A DNA stretch of 62,645 bases from Haliotis rubra. Taxonomy: Eukaryota. Positions 37,431-50,897 of the stretch are shown here, piece after piece. Where the stretch lies: the NCBI RefSeq assembly GCF_003918875.1, contig NW_025764978.1, positions 248,001 through 310,645 on the forward strand, read 5' to 3'. Below the pieces are notes generated by a model. The model had not been told where the DNA came from. It searched no databases and saw only the letters and a list, made by a program, of their open reading frames with translations. The stretch's first letter is position 1, and every line of letters starts with the position of its first letter. A program made the position numbers and the translations under genes.

Positions 37431-38764
37431 GTTCAGCTGGTAAAAGGAAAATATACAAGGCTTTTGGAGAGGAGGAGGGAGAATGTTTTGGTGGTGGAAT
37501 AAAATGGAGGAGAGATCAAAGTACCATTGGAGGTGGAGATAGAGACGACATTGACGACGAAAGTGGAGGAGAAGACGTTGTTGATGGCAAGTAGGGAGGA
37601 AGGTGGGAGAGATTTCAGTATATGACTGGAGGTGGAGATAGAACTGTTCTTCGTGGAGGAAGAGAAAGACGAGACAAAGAGCACACTGTTGATGGAAAGC
37701 GGGGAGAATATGAGAGGTTTGGAGCAAGATGGGAGAGAGATGAGTACATCCTTGGAGGTGGAGGAGGCGCTGTTGTCGGTGGAGGAAGAGAAAGACGGTT
37801 CAGAGATGGCTCTGTTGGTGAAAAACAGGGAGAATGTGGTGATGGCGGTGGTATTATATGGAAGAAATACCATTACAACACTGAAGGAATGGATAAAGGA
37901 AACGATGACGTTTGTGGAGGAATAGAGGTGGGACTTGGAGATGGTGCTGTGGTGGGAATGCAGGGAAAATGTGATAGCAATGAAGACGAAAGGAGAGGAG
38001 ATCGTTGTACTGGAGGAAGAGAAGGAGATGGCACTGTCAAAACAGCGCAGCCAGAATATGTTGATGGTGGCAGAATGCGGACATGAGATTATATCAAAAG
38101 AGAGAGAATTACGAAAAGACAGAACAGCGAAAGAGGACAAAGACTGAGCGTAGATGATGGCGACAGACACAGAACAGATGCTGTTGATGGAGATGGACAG
38201 AACCTGATGGTGGGCATCGTTGCAGATGTTACCAATGTGCAGAACGGCCATTCCAACATCATAGTACATCAAACAGTACATGTCAAGAATCTGACTGGTA
38301 TGTATTTTCGTAATGATTTACCGTATGCGTTAACTGTAGATCCATTCTCTTTATATGATACATGTCATTAGCGCGACAACAGATGTTCAGAGTGTTAATA
38401 TTTTATAATGTTGAAGGAAATAACCTGTTGAATAGAATATCTGTTCTTCTAGACCTATATATTTCAGACAGCACATATGCTTTTCTCCTTTTGATATACA
38501 AGAAATGCGTTTCGCTAAAAATGACTTAACAATTTTGGAAATTGTGTAAATCTGCTTGTTTGAATCTCTGGATGTTTCTTTACTCAACATCTCCCATGAA
38601 TGACATTGTGTTGATGGAAAGGGTCATACATGGTAGAATTGTAATTACTCAGAATTAGATTTGAATGCAATTACAAACAAAGCCAGGGGATTTAGATAGC
38701 CTAAAGGTCCTCTGTTGATTATTGTTTCAGTAATGCCAAGACGTGTTGGAAGAAGAAGGAAGCT

Positions 38765-39110
38765 TCGGCCAAGGTCACGGATGGTAGCCACAAGATGTAC
38801 ACAGACTGTTGGTGAGGGGGCCAAGGTCACGCGAAATACAGACACGGTTGATGAGGTGGCCAAGGTCACGCGACGTTCACAGACTGTTGGTGAGGTGGCC
38901 AAGGTCACGCGACATACACAGACTCTTGGTGAGGTGGCCAATGTCACGCGACATACACAGACTGTTGGTGAGGTGGCCAAGGTCACGCGACATACACAGA
39001 CTGTTGGTAATGTGGCCAAGGTCAAGCGACATACACAAACTGTTGGTGAGGTGGCCAAGGTCACACGACGTACACAGACTGTTGGGGAGGTGGCCAAGGT
39101 CACACGTCAA
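38765..39110. repeat. Second, unrelated 39-bp minisatellite, ~8-9 copies (TQTVGEVAKVTRH)
   Basis: Unit GTGGCCAAGGTCACGCGACATACACAGACTGTTGGTGAG. Confidence 0.9.
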
Positions 39111-39277
39111 ACCAAGTCTGTGAGGCGCTACTTGAGGCCACACTGCCAAGATCAGAAGGTCAAAAACAATCTCACGATTTGGTTCCACGTTTTAGTTCAA
39201 ATCGAGATCCTGGTGGTCCTGATCGTGATGGTGTTCATGCAGCATTAATTCAATCCGAACATTTGCTGCATATAAAC

Positions 39278-39716
39278 GCGTGCGCAGGAGGGTGTATAAC
39301 AATTCAAGAGTGTGTTATATGCCGGAAATGTGTAAAACAGTTGTTTCACTTGAAATAGGTATACGACGAGTTGATTTTGCAAGTAATATTACAAAAATAG
39401 AATTCAGATTGAATTCATACCTTCCGAAAAAATATTTATGAGATTTATGTTCAACTAAGTGATCTACCTATTTGTAAACCACATTTTCAAGTTCAACATT
39501 TTGCCTGGATATCTTCCAATGAAATGTTAAACTTGCAAATAAAGCTTACAAATAAGTTAGATCACTCAGTTAAACATGAATCTCGGAAATATTTTTTCAG
39601 AAGGACAGAATTCACTCTAAATTCTATTTTTATAATATTAAACAAAAACAATGTGTCGCACAGCTATTTCAGTTGAAACAACTGTCACACGTTCCCGGCA
39701 TCAATTCTGCGCACGC
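39278..39716. mobile_element. Fold-back/MITE-like element with ~200-bp diverged inverted arms
   Basis: ACAGTTGTTTCACTTGAAATAG pairs with CTATTTCAGTTGAAACAACTGT, and AAGTGATCTACCTATTTGTAA pairs with TTACAAATAAGTTAGATCACT. Confidence 0.65.
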
Positions 39717-40777
39717 CGGGGTGGGGACGAGGGAGTGGGTGGGGTGGGCTCTTGTGGGTCAGGGAGGGTGGGTTAACATATTCCTGTATGGAATACAAGT
39801 GTAAGCCGCATCGGCTACATCACTGCGTGTGCAGTACATTGTATTCCGGTTGTTAAATAACGCATTATTTAGCAACGGAACAGATTCCGTATCCTCAAAG
39901 AGGAATTTTGTAGACACGTCCACTTGTTTAGCAAGTATTCTTTTCATATCTACGAGCATGTACTGTTATCAGCTTGTCAACGAACAGTATATTGTAACCT
40001 TTTATACCGTTGTACCTCACAATAAAATATAATTTCGAGTTTTTTAGTATTTTAATAATGTATTATATTCAAAACTAGTGACTGTAAATAATGTCTAAAT
40101 GTTCAAAGACAATACAGGCTTTCGATAATGAGAGAATAACATATCACATTGTTTAATCTATTAGTCACATGATCATAACGGGTCCGGGTATGGAGACGGG
40201 TACCCGGGTCCAACTCATTACCCACCCGTCCAAGCCCTAGTAAGCACGCCAGTGGCATCTAGTCGTCGGGATCTTTTAGATAGTTACTGTCACCGTGACC
40301 TATTAAGCGTAATCGCTCATACTGTCAGTCAAACTGTGGCAAATAAAATGCAAGGAATTAAAACATACAAGCTTTTCTTGATAATATCACTAATCTATTC
40401 GAGTTTACTACGGTTATAACGAATAGGGACCACCTCCTAGTTCGTTCGTTTTTTGCATTCCGACTAAAGGTACAGCAAGCATCCGGGACCCCTAAAACAG
40501 TCCTTGATATCCTTCATTTCGTTATAAACATAGTTGACTGTACAGCAAGGGCACTCCTTTAAAACACCACATGTGTTAAATCTTTACCTATCTCCATTAT
40601 TTATTGATTGTCAATAGTGTGTTGCTAAGGTATGAACAGAAACTTGACAAGGACAAATGCAGCACGACAATACTGATTATGTTCAATGGCTGGCATCTTC
40701 GAAGCTTGAGATCGATAGCATCACATGACGTTTTGCAAGCGTGCACGGTAAACATGCACACTTCGGAATGCACCTAG

Positions 40778-40914
40778 CTGATTGGTTAACGATGACGAAG
40801 CTGTTGGAATCAGGACAGTATATAACAGCTGACATCGCACTTATTGCGTGTTTTATTCAACACGGGGTTTGCAGCTAAGGTTGTTTCGACCAGGCTCTGT
40901 GGTAGTCAGGACAG
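40778..40914 (+). promoter_or_regulatory. Putative promoter and first non-coding exon of tandem-RHIM gene B
   Basis: Reverse CCAAT (CTGATTGG, 40778), TATA-like TATATAAC (40819), donor CAG|GTAGGT at 40914. All conserved in copy C. Confidence 0.5.
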
Positions 40915-41109
40915 GTAGGTGTCACTTTCTTCACTTTACTTTCCCAGCTTGTCCAAGACTGAAAGTTACCTATATATAATTCTACAAGGAAACACACAAA
41001 TATTGAACAGCTACAAAACAATATTTCAGTTATCCTGTGAAATCCCCAAGGTTGACCCCACCTTACCACTTTAAGAAAAGCATTTGTCAATGATTCGCTA
41101 CCAAACTGT

Positions 41110-41255
41110 GGACGGTTAAAGCGTTCACGCCGAAGACCCGGGTTCGACTCCCCACCCGGGTTCGAGTTCAATGTGTGAAGCCCATTTCTTGTGTCCCCCC
41201 GCCGTGATACTGCTGGGGTACTGCTAACAGCGGCGTAAAACTAAACTCACTCACT
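41110..41255 (+). mobile_element. tRNA-derived SINE (degenerate); homologue at 53145-53277
   Basis: GGTTAAAGCGTTC...GGTTCGACTCCC...GCGGCGTAAAACTAAACTCACTCACT. Confidence 0.75.
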
Positions 41256-41683
41256 ATCAAAGTGTGTTGGCACATGGCGTTTGCCAGCGTCTCCTTGCAC
41301 CCGACACGGCAACTCTCATATACCCACGTGTACATACACATGTAGCGTTACCGCACAACTCAAATCAATATGTATATTGATTGACCCACTGCAAAGGCTG
41401 CAGCAAACGGCTGGTGAGGTGAACCCATGAATGCAGCTCTCTGTCTGGGTTGCTGACTATTTAACATGTACATTATACAGGTCAAGATATATAGAGTGAC
41501 TTTCTTCAATCAGAATAATGGATGTGGTTCTCAAGACCTCCCTGGCTCTGGTATGAAGTTATTATTCCATTAAATCGTTTTAAGATTTGTCGTTTGTAAA
41601 GCTGATAATCGTTCTATATTTCATCCCAGAGACAACGGCGAGTGGTGACATACGAACCAGGGATCTGTTCAAACTCCGGGGCA

Positions 41684-44600
41684 ATGTCTGAAGCTAGGGG
41701 GGCGTGCTACGTCATACCGTCTGGCTTCGAGCCAAACAAACAATTAAAGTACAGTTCTCAGCATATGAATGCCCAAAATACATGTCTTTTACGATCAGAG
41801 AAAGGTAGAAAAGGACAGTTGAAACATGCCAACCAGTCTTTACAATCTGACCAAAAGCCAGACAGCTGTAAGAAGCATCTCTGTACTCGTCCTCAAATCG
41901 ATATACGGCGCATTGTACAAATCGGGCACAATAGAAACACAATTTCTTTTATTCAAAAGAAAGATAGCAATGCCAGTGATAGCAATGCAACTATTGTACA
42001 ACTCGGAAACAACAACATTGTATATGTATATTTAGGTGACAAACTCCCTTCGAACATACTGCTAGGAGACACGGTCGTCGTGTACGTCCCCCCTGGGTGT
42101 GACGGCAGGCCCCGAGTGTTTGTCTGCGAACAGAGAGGACCTGACAACCAGATCGTCACCCACTGTCGCCACAAGTCCCCACGGATCTATGAACGACAGA
42201 CATTCGGCAACTTCCTGTCACGACACTGTCACGTGATCAGATCTGTCCTGCTGCCAACTGCTTCCGGCTCCAGTAAGAAAGGTAAGTGTTGCTGTGGACG
42301 GACGCCACTTTGGGTTTGTTGTTGTCAGCTATGTTACATTGTTAGTAAAGTAAAAAAAAAACATTAAAAAGGCTAACAGCCCAAATTGTAGATATATGTA
42401 TCTACAGTGTAGATATATGTATCATAGACAAAGTGGTGGCACAATACCACGATTTTAGAAAAAAAACAGCTAAAATTCAAAGAACGTTTACAAGGCGAGG
42501 ACATCTTTGAACTATATCGCACATAACTGTAGTGTATGCGTCTAGATCTGCTATAAAACATAAGGTTTCAATGCGTTCCCCGAGCCAAGAACATGATAAT
42601 GATAAAGGTTGCAGTCTTAGAAATTTGTTGTAATTTTCTGAGAGAGTGTACCTTTTTTACATTTTTGTGTTGTAAAACATTTTGTGTGTTAAAACATCAC
42701 ACATATGACACATGGACATAAAATGTAACTCGTCTTCTATGAGGTTTTTCGGGGGGAGTTGGGAAAACATTGAATTTTACCAAAAAATGTTATTTTAACT
42801 CAATTTTAAATTCTCGTAACTTATGCATCTAGAATATTGTGAGCACAGATGAAAGTTTATTTAAAGGAATATATCCTTATGTGTACTTACCTGTATAATG
42901 TATGAGCTTGGTTGGCTATAGATCACCTATAAAATATGTCTGAAAAACTCATCCAGGTTTCCATCCCTTGACTTGTCTGTATATATCTTGTCGTCATGGA
43001 AGAAGATCTACATCCGTATTGATGACACTGATGGGGTTGTGTTGGCCATAGCTGCATCGAGCATTCTCAATCCCTTCCAATATTTCACAGGCTGTGGCAG
43101 TGTGTCAAAGAAGACCTCGTGGAATGCATGGAACGCTTTTCCTGAACATACAGGCACCTTTATTTCCCTCGCTTGTCCACCACTTGAAATTACTAATGCG
43201 CAGATTCATCAGCTTGAGATATTTGTTGAGCTGCTGTATGACAGAGCAAGCAACCTCATGAAAGTGAATGAAGCAAGAAAGCATTTGTCCGCCACGAAGG
43301 GGAGAACACTGGACAATATTCCCCCAACAGAATTAGCTTTGATCCAACATAACTTTGGACAACTCTCCTGAAGACATGAAAGAGCTGCCAGGAATTGCTG
43401 AAATGCATGTGTAAAAAAATGTTCTGGTCCATGTGTGTAAAAGCATTTCTCATGTGCACTGCACTTTTCTGATTCAGTCAAACTAGATACAATAACACTC
43501 AAGAAATGAATGCGTAACCTACCAGATTGATGAGATAGCTACTTTGAAATTGATGTTGAAATGAAACATGTTTGCATTGATTTTGATCTTTTTTCATAAG
43601 TGATCTATAGCCCACCAAGCTCATACATTATACATGTAAGTAAATCTATTGATATATTCCTTCAAATAAACTTCCATCTGTTCCCACAATATTCTAGATA
43701 CATAATTTATGAGGATTTAAAATTGGGTTAAAATAACATTTTTGGGGGAAAATTCAATTTTTCCCCACTCTTTCCCCCCAAAATGAAAAATGGCCCACAT
43801 CTGCAAGGCTTCTCGTATTGAATTTGCAAAGAAATGATAAAAATATATTAGATCATGGGGTGATCTCATACTTATTTATGATGTAGTCTATATGGCGGCC
43901 ATTTTTCCCATTTTCGGAAAGTCATGATATATATTGACTTCCGTAGAACTAACCGTTAAAGTTAAAATAACATGTATAGCTGAAAAATGACCAGCTATGA
44001 ATTTCCTACAATTTGATATATGACCTATGAGAATTAGAGAGTTTTAAAAGAAGTTATGATGAAAATAGTACCAAACAAAAAGATTTTATTATCACTTTTC
44101 CCCAAAAAATTATGAAAAATATCAAAAATAGGCGAGGCCTCTCGATCTTTATTTAAAAAGAAGGGTATAAGCTACAATCATGCCAAATTTCATGCTTGTA
44201 GCACAAAGTGCATAATTTGATTACTTATCCGCTGGGCTATATTCTTGATAAGATCTTGATAAGTATCTTGTTTGGTCTCTTTAGTGTCTGTGAAGCCAAG
44301 GTTTAATTGCAAAAGTTAAGTTTAGTTTAGAATAAAAATCAAATATAGTGATGGAACTCACGTAAACTGACATGCATGTCATGGTGATCCAAAACTGGCG
44401 ATTGATGCTCAGATGATAGAATATTGATTTTATACATCTTCATCCCACTCACTCATGATCACTCACTCACTCACTCACACACAAGTATGGTGACCTGTGA
44501 TTTGTATTTGTTTTTAATCTAGTTTTAACAAATCCATGATAATCTAGTAATTTTACTGTCCTTCGTTGACAGGGTTTTATGAATCATCTGTATTTATCAT

Positions 44601-45028
44601 GAATTTAGAACTAGTTTTAGTTACGATATGGCTGAAATATTGCCAATGTGACTTAAAATGTGAACTCACTCACCCACACACATTTACACACTCACCCCCC
44701 CTGCCCACTCAACCACCAACTCACTCACTCACTCAAGAAGAGTAAAATATATGAACAATAAACGAACATAATAGCCATTGGAGTAGACACTGAGTTTTTT
44801 CGAAACGTGTATAAATATGTTTCCTTCTTGTCAGCTGCGGGCCGTCATAAGCCGTTGACTCCCGGGGACTGCGATGTCGTGACCATCAAGCATGGCGGCT
44901 CTCATCGGACTAACACAAGCAGAAGAGTGAAACCTGATAGCAGGAAGTACCTCGGGGGGTCATCCCATCGGGGTCAAGGTCACCAGAAAACTGTGAACCC
45001 CGTGTGCCTGAGAATAGGCATCCCTTAG
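41684..45028 (+). CDS. Tandem-RHIM protein, copy B (~263 aa from MSEARG); exons 41684-42281 and 44835-45028
   Basis: Motifs RIVQIGHNRN (41915) and TIVQLGNNNIV (41996). Donor AAAG|GTAAGT, acceptor TTGTCAG, phase 1 in frame. A possible upstream coding mini-exon 41518-41550 (MDVVLKTSLAL) would splice in phase 0 to the acceptor at ~41628. Confidence 0.75.
42744..44239 (+). mobile_element. Academ-like DNA transposon remnant in the intron of RHIM gene B
   Basis: Fragments DTDGVVLAIA, FTGCGSVS, KKTSWNAWNAFPE, LEIFVELLYDR, VNEARK and LDNIPPT followed by a Cys-rich tract, matching the XPG-like plus Cys architecture I recall for Academ. Long inverted repeats 42780-42940 / 43590-43760. Terminus CCGCTGGGCTA. 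Absent from copies A and C. Confidence 0.65.
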
Positions 45029-45091
45029 ACTTTCATTTAGCCTCAGAAGAGGATCTGTGTTCCTGTGGTCCACGCATATTCCAGTTAGGAA

Positions 45092-46170
45092 TACCTTGTA
45101 AGCCATATTGGCTCAAGCCTAAGACATTTGTACATTCACTAAGCATCAATTGCAATGTTAGTATAAATATAGTGTACATGTACATTTATCATATATTATG
45201 TACCCTTGTAAGCCATATTGGTTGTATCAATGACAGCTGTAAGTTCTTATACATCACTTGCAATGTTAGCATATATATTGTAATGTCTGCTTGTATAACA
45301 TATACACATGTAAATGTATTATATACCATGTGCTCCTGTAAGCCATATTGGTTGTATCAATGACAGCTGTAAGTTCTTATACATCACTTGCAATGTTAGC
45401 ATATATATTGTAATGTCTGCTTGTATAACATATACACATGTAAATGTATTATATACCATGTGCTCCTGTAAGCCATATTGGTTATATCAATGACAGCAGT
45501 ACATTCACTATACACAACTTGCTATGCTAGTATATATGTATATTGTACTGCAACCTTGTATAACATATACACATGTATATTTATTATATACCATGTGCTC
45601 CTGTAAGCCATATTGGTTATATCAATGACAGCTGTAAGTTTATTATATATAAGTTGCAATGGTAGTTTATGTTGCACTGCCAACTTCTATAACACATACA
45701 CATGTATATTTATTATATACCATGTGATCATGTAAGCCATATTGGTTATATCAATGACAGATGTAAGTTTATTATATATAAGTTGCAGTGCTAGAATATC
45801 TATTGTACTATCAGCTTGTATAACACATACACATGTGTATTTATTATATACCATGTGATCCTGTAGGTTATATCAATGTCAGCTGTACATTCACTATACA
45901 TAACTTGCAATGTTAGCATATCTATTGTACTATCAGCTTGTATAACACATACACATGTGTATTTATTATATACCATGTGATCCTGTAGGTTGTATCAATG
46001 TCAGCTGTACATTCACTATACATAACTTGCAATGTTAGCATATCTATTGTACTATCAGCTTGTATAACACATACACATGTGTATTTATTATATACTACGT
46101 GTTCCTGTAATCCGTATTGGTTGAATCAATGACAGCTGTAAACCTATCATACATAACTTGCAATGCTCGT
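45092..46170. repeat. ~131-bp tandem satellite, copy B
   Basis: Same unit as 1830-2940. Confidence 0.9.
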
Positions 46171-48307
46171 ATATGTATTGTCTTTCTAGAGGATATACAT
46201 GAATATCTTGTATATACTATATGCCCTTGTAGTCTTCTAAATAGTCCTATATACAATCTTATGAATGACATACAAATTTGTATGCATAATATTACACCGA
46301 ACCGTGAGACAAAATCCTGTAAAATCATGATGACATACAGTTTACCGCTATCAGATTGAAAGCCTCGTTGTGCCACTTCTGTTGAAATCCGTGTCACAAA
46401 AAAACAGGCGTGTCATCATTTGCACATGTGACACACATTTAGACATTGAACAAATTTTTAATAATTTTAGTTTTGTTTCTCGTGTATATGAGTGTTTGTC
46501 TTAGAGTGAGGCCTGGATAAAGCAAATACATGCATTCATTAATTGACTGCTGGGTTATGTACATATTGATGGGATTTAGGAACCTGAATTCAGTATCATT
46601 GAGTGGATTTCTTAGTGTATAGCTGAGACACACAGAGATGTGGTATGTTACCATTCTGGTTGCACCATCCTTTTTATGTTTTTTTTTATTATCTCAACAC
46701 AGTTTCGAGTAATGTGCTTGTGTACATGAATAAAATGTCTAATGAATCTATATCATTATTATTCTATTATTTAAAACTATCTGTATTCAGACATATAGGT
46801 CCAAGTCCTTTCAAACAATACATCTAGAAATTGTACCTATATTGCAAACACATAGTAGACTTTCAGTCGTATTTGTACACTTTGGATATATATATAACTA
46901 AGCTGCTAAAACTTTTGCATCTAATCGATATATCAATGGAGTAAAATCACACATGGTGCAAGTTAGTAAGTACTCATGGACCGATAAGAACGATTGTCTG
47001 AAGTATCCAAGATCACTCCATCATAGCTGTATTAGAGACTGATGTCCGGGTAACGATTTGGTTGGTTGGTTGGTTTGTTGTTTAACGCCCAACTCAGCAA
47101 TATTCAAAGTATGTGGAGGCTGTCTGTTAATAATCAACTCTTGACCAGGCAATCCAGTGATCAACATCATGTGCATCGATCTACGCAACTGGGATACGAT
47201 GACATGTGTCAGCGAGTTTGCGAGTCTGACCCGCTCCCGCTCCCGTTAATCGCCTCTTACGACAAGCATGGGTTACTGCAGACCAATTCTAACCCGGATC
47301 TTCACGGGTAATGAATAATCTTCCAAAATGAAACACAAAGGAAATATCGATAAACATCAGAGCATGTGCTATATAAGAACCATTATTTGATGCCATCTAC
47401 AACCAAAATAATAATGATTATTTTTCGAATCATCCGTTCGCCGCAAATTAATCATCCAACATAACTGTTAGGAACTGTTTTAACAAAGTCAAAGCCAACT
47501 GAACACAACTAAGCTAAAGTGTTGCATGATTGAAAGCAGAAGAATTGCAAGCGAGCGTGGCGAGAACATTTTGTGTGTGTAAACTCTAGTAAGTGAACCT
47601 GTGGCATGGTACGTCATGTGACCGACCTAAATCAGACCGATCCCGTGCCACAACGTCATACTGCAGCAATCCTATCTCCATCGTGGCTACCTAGCTGAAT
47701 CATCGACTACAGCAGCGATTCTAGGATTGCCAAAGACATAAAACCAGATATTGGTGAACCACCTTTGATAGGTTGGGGTCAGAGCCAGACCTGCTGTAAC
47801 ACGTGTACCAATGTTCACTGTACATCTTTACACCATGTGGCTCGTTTCGTAAGAACTTTGTCAACTGGCTGTTTTGAGAACGTAATGACGAAGATTATGT
47901 ATTACTTTCAGTTTTATTCAGTTTGATCTTCAAAGGGTTTGTAATTGTAACTTTCACACGAACGTCCTGTAAATAACAATGATGCATGGTATGTTCCATA
48001 CATTTTAGGGCTCAACAAATATTTTAAAATATTACATGGTAAATTTCATAGAACCTTGTCTTGTAGTGCCTTGTGTTACTTGTGTTTCATGGTTTGATAT
48101 ATTCAATAATATTTCAATTACCACCGAGGCTAATTTACAGCATCCTCGATAATCTCCAGGGTATACGTTCCGATAAATCTCCACTACTAGAACGCCTACC
48201 CAGGAGATTATCGAGGATGAATGTATAGAAGTGTACCCTAACTGAACCCGCCACGAATCGTTATCAGTTCCAATCTGGGACTCGAACCCATGACAAGTGG
48301 CCTAAGT

Positions 48308-49506
48308 TTAAGCCCATTTAAACCCACCTAGAACGTCAGCTGACTCCACCGGAGTTGCAGTTGTAGTCGTTGACGTAGTTGTGGGAATTTGAACATAAAC
48401 GCCGAATGTTTTCTCGTCCTTTCCTTTATCGTTGGCAGCCTGAACTGTCCATAGCCCGTCATGAGAAGCCTCAGCAGTCAAAACAGTGCTGACATCCCTT
48501 GTTGTCGTATACCGGGGATCGAAGATGGAGACACTTGAAGCTGAGATTATGGTCCCGTCGGGTCTCACCCAGGTCACATTCGGAAACAGATCACCCTCAA
48601 TCTGACATGAAATGTGTAGCAGATCTCCCTGTTTCACGGTATAGACATCCCCGCATCTTCTGCATGGTAAATCGTATGGTATTTCAGTACACTTGGGGCA
48701 GCGCATACCGGAACATTGCCCGAGTACACCAAGTACATCACGCTCTGGGTGAGGTTCTTCAGCCACTGAATGTCGCATGTGCATCTCCAGGGGTTGTCTG
48801 AAAGATGGATGATCTGCAGCTTCTGGAAGATCAGCTCGAACGAATCTGGAATAGTTGCTAATTTATTGTCGGACAGGTGTAGAGTCTTAAGGTTTGTCAA
48901 ATGTTGAAATAATTGCACAGATACCTTTTCAAAATTGTTTCCATGGAGATCAAGGTTTCTGAGATTTGTCAACCCAGTGAACATGGCACTGGAAGCATGT
49001 CCAAGGTTAAGGTCACCCAGAAATAGATCTTGCAGGTTCTTCAAGGAAGCAAATGCGTCATCGGCGATCTTACATCCCGTGTTTCCAGTCAGATCCACGA
49101 AGACAACATCATTTAAGGCATGGAAGATGCCAGTGTTTATCTGGGAGATCTTATTATGTTCCAGGGCAATGCGTTTTAGTTTAGTCAATCCTTGAAACAA
49201 GTCATCGTCCAACGTTGTCACCTCACTGTAAGTAACGTAGAAATCTTCAAGATGCGAGAACGCTGACAAAGCTGAGTGTTTCAATGTTGATAGAGAGTTT
49301 CTGTTATTGAAGGAGCCAAGCAGGTTAATGCTGGTGGTGTTTGCAGGTAGACCTATCGGAAATGACGTCATCTTTGGCTGACACGTCACATAATCTGAAA
49401 CTGCACAGATACAGTTGCTGGGGCAGGTTTGTGACGTCATATATCCGAAGACACAGACCAGTAGGAACGCCACAGAATACAAACAATGGACGTAGTAGTT
49501 GACCAT
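48308..49506 (-). pseudogene. LRR-Ig receptor copy B: intact signal peptide, LRRNT, LRRs and full Ig; frameshifted and lacking TM
   Basis: MVNYYVHCLYSVAFLLVCVFGYMTSQTCPSNCIC..., LRRs, NPWRCTC. A frameshifting deletion at ~48657 removes DKDFTCIPPKILK. Full Ig (...HDGLWTVQAANDKGKDEK) in another frame. A ~220-bp deletion removes TM and tail. Confidence 0.85.
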
Positions 49507-50743
49507 GATGAACGTCTCTGGACTCAAGACACTGCCATGGGAATATCGAGAGTGTCCTACGATGACAGAATAGTCAATACAACATGTATGACATGACTTG
49601 ATAATCGACATTCTACAGTATCATTGGTTAAGTCTTGTCAACGCACACATAAGACAAAATAGACACATGTTTGTAACGGGTGCTATCATTTAGCTAACAC
49701 AATCCAGTAATTGACAGCAAGATGACAAAGCATGTTTGTGAATCACTTTCCAATAATGATGTTACCAGGTGTTCGCCCCAATATAACACCCGTCATAAAC
49801 ACACGCAAAGGCTAGTGAAGAATATGAAAAGGGTTTTGACACTTCTATTTATTGGATACAGAATATGGCTGTAGCCATGTTTATTTAGTCTTCTCTAGTA
49901 GATTGAACTACAACTAATAGTTCAATACATATGTTAATGGTCTACATGGCATATGAAATTAATGAACTGATATTGCGGGGGACATTTATCACGGGACTCT
50001 TTGATCACTGGCGTTACAGTCTGGCTCTCACATGTAGCTATGATCGCGAGGGCAAATGTATTGAAGACAGGAGTGAGTGAGCGTCGGGTTTTACGTGCTT
50101 TCAACAGTATTTCTGTTGGCATGGCTTATCAGTTGTGTGTGGCGAGAACTTGGTGACGGATATCGGGCTCAGATCGTGAGCCATATGGTGGGAACCTACT
50201 ACCACGGGAATGTTGCGGTTAGACAAAGGGTTATGATCAGGGGAAATGCGACACGTTTTCAGCGGATCCTGGCGTTTCTAAGGGATGTGATGTGGATGTG
50301 GGTGTCTACATGTCTCTGTGTATGTTTGAGTGTGTTGTGTGCTTGTAATGTGTGCTATTGTGCGGTTTTGGTTTATGTCTTTCTGTGTGTCACACATGTC
50401 ATTTAACAAATATGATAAATGTTCAGTTCCGTTCGATACAGCTGCCAAAATATACAGTTCGTCCTTAGGCAAGAAAGATTTCACAAAAACTACCAACAGT
50501 GAGGGAGCATCCAATAGATTTCTCTCGTAGGGAGGTTATATAAATTAATCGTTTGTCCAGAAAAATTCCCAAAATTAATAATAGCAGAAAAAGGGAGTAC
50601 TTTATGTTGTTGAAAATCCCCAAATGTAAATGTTTGTGTTGATAGTGAGAATTACTTGTTTGATGGTGCTAAGTAAACAGTTTGTTGGACGCAGCTCTCC
50701 TCCCTCTACCCCAACACAAATCAAATGGATCCTTCCCGATCAG

Positions 50744-50897
50744 TGGGGCGGTCGGGTAGCCTAGTGGTTAAAGCGTTCGCTCGTCACGCCGAAGGCCCCG
50801 GGATCGATTCCCAACATGGTGAAAATATGTGAAACCCATTTCTGGTGTCCATTGCTGGAACATTGCTAACAGCGGCGTAAAACCATATTCACTCACC
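50744..50897 (+). mobile_element. tRNA-derived SINE
   Basis: GGGGCGGTCGGGTAGCCTAGTGGTTAAAGCG...GATCGATTCCC...GCGGCGTAAAACC..TCACTCAC. Confidence 0.8.

Larger units (their letters stand above)
36121..39248 (+). pseudogene. Disrupted low-complexity protein gene ending in a RHIM-like motif, 13-aa repeats and a C-terminal TM anchor
   Basis: ORFs 36275-37594 and 37622-38086 and segment 38087-38297 share one frame, separated by single stops, with a 1-bp frameshift near 36628. The exon ends VADVTNVQNGHSNIIVHQTVHVKNLT at donor G|GTATGT (38297, phase 1). This joins acceptor TTTCAG|TA (38731) in frame with 38733-39248, ending LTIWFHVLVQIEILVVLIVMVFMQH*. Confidence 0.45.

Noticed and set aside
41038-41048. 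kappaB-like site (GGGGATTTCAC) in RHIM gene B intron 1
   Set aside because: Not conserved in copy C, and a single short match.
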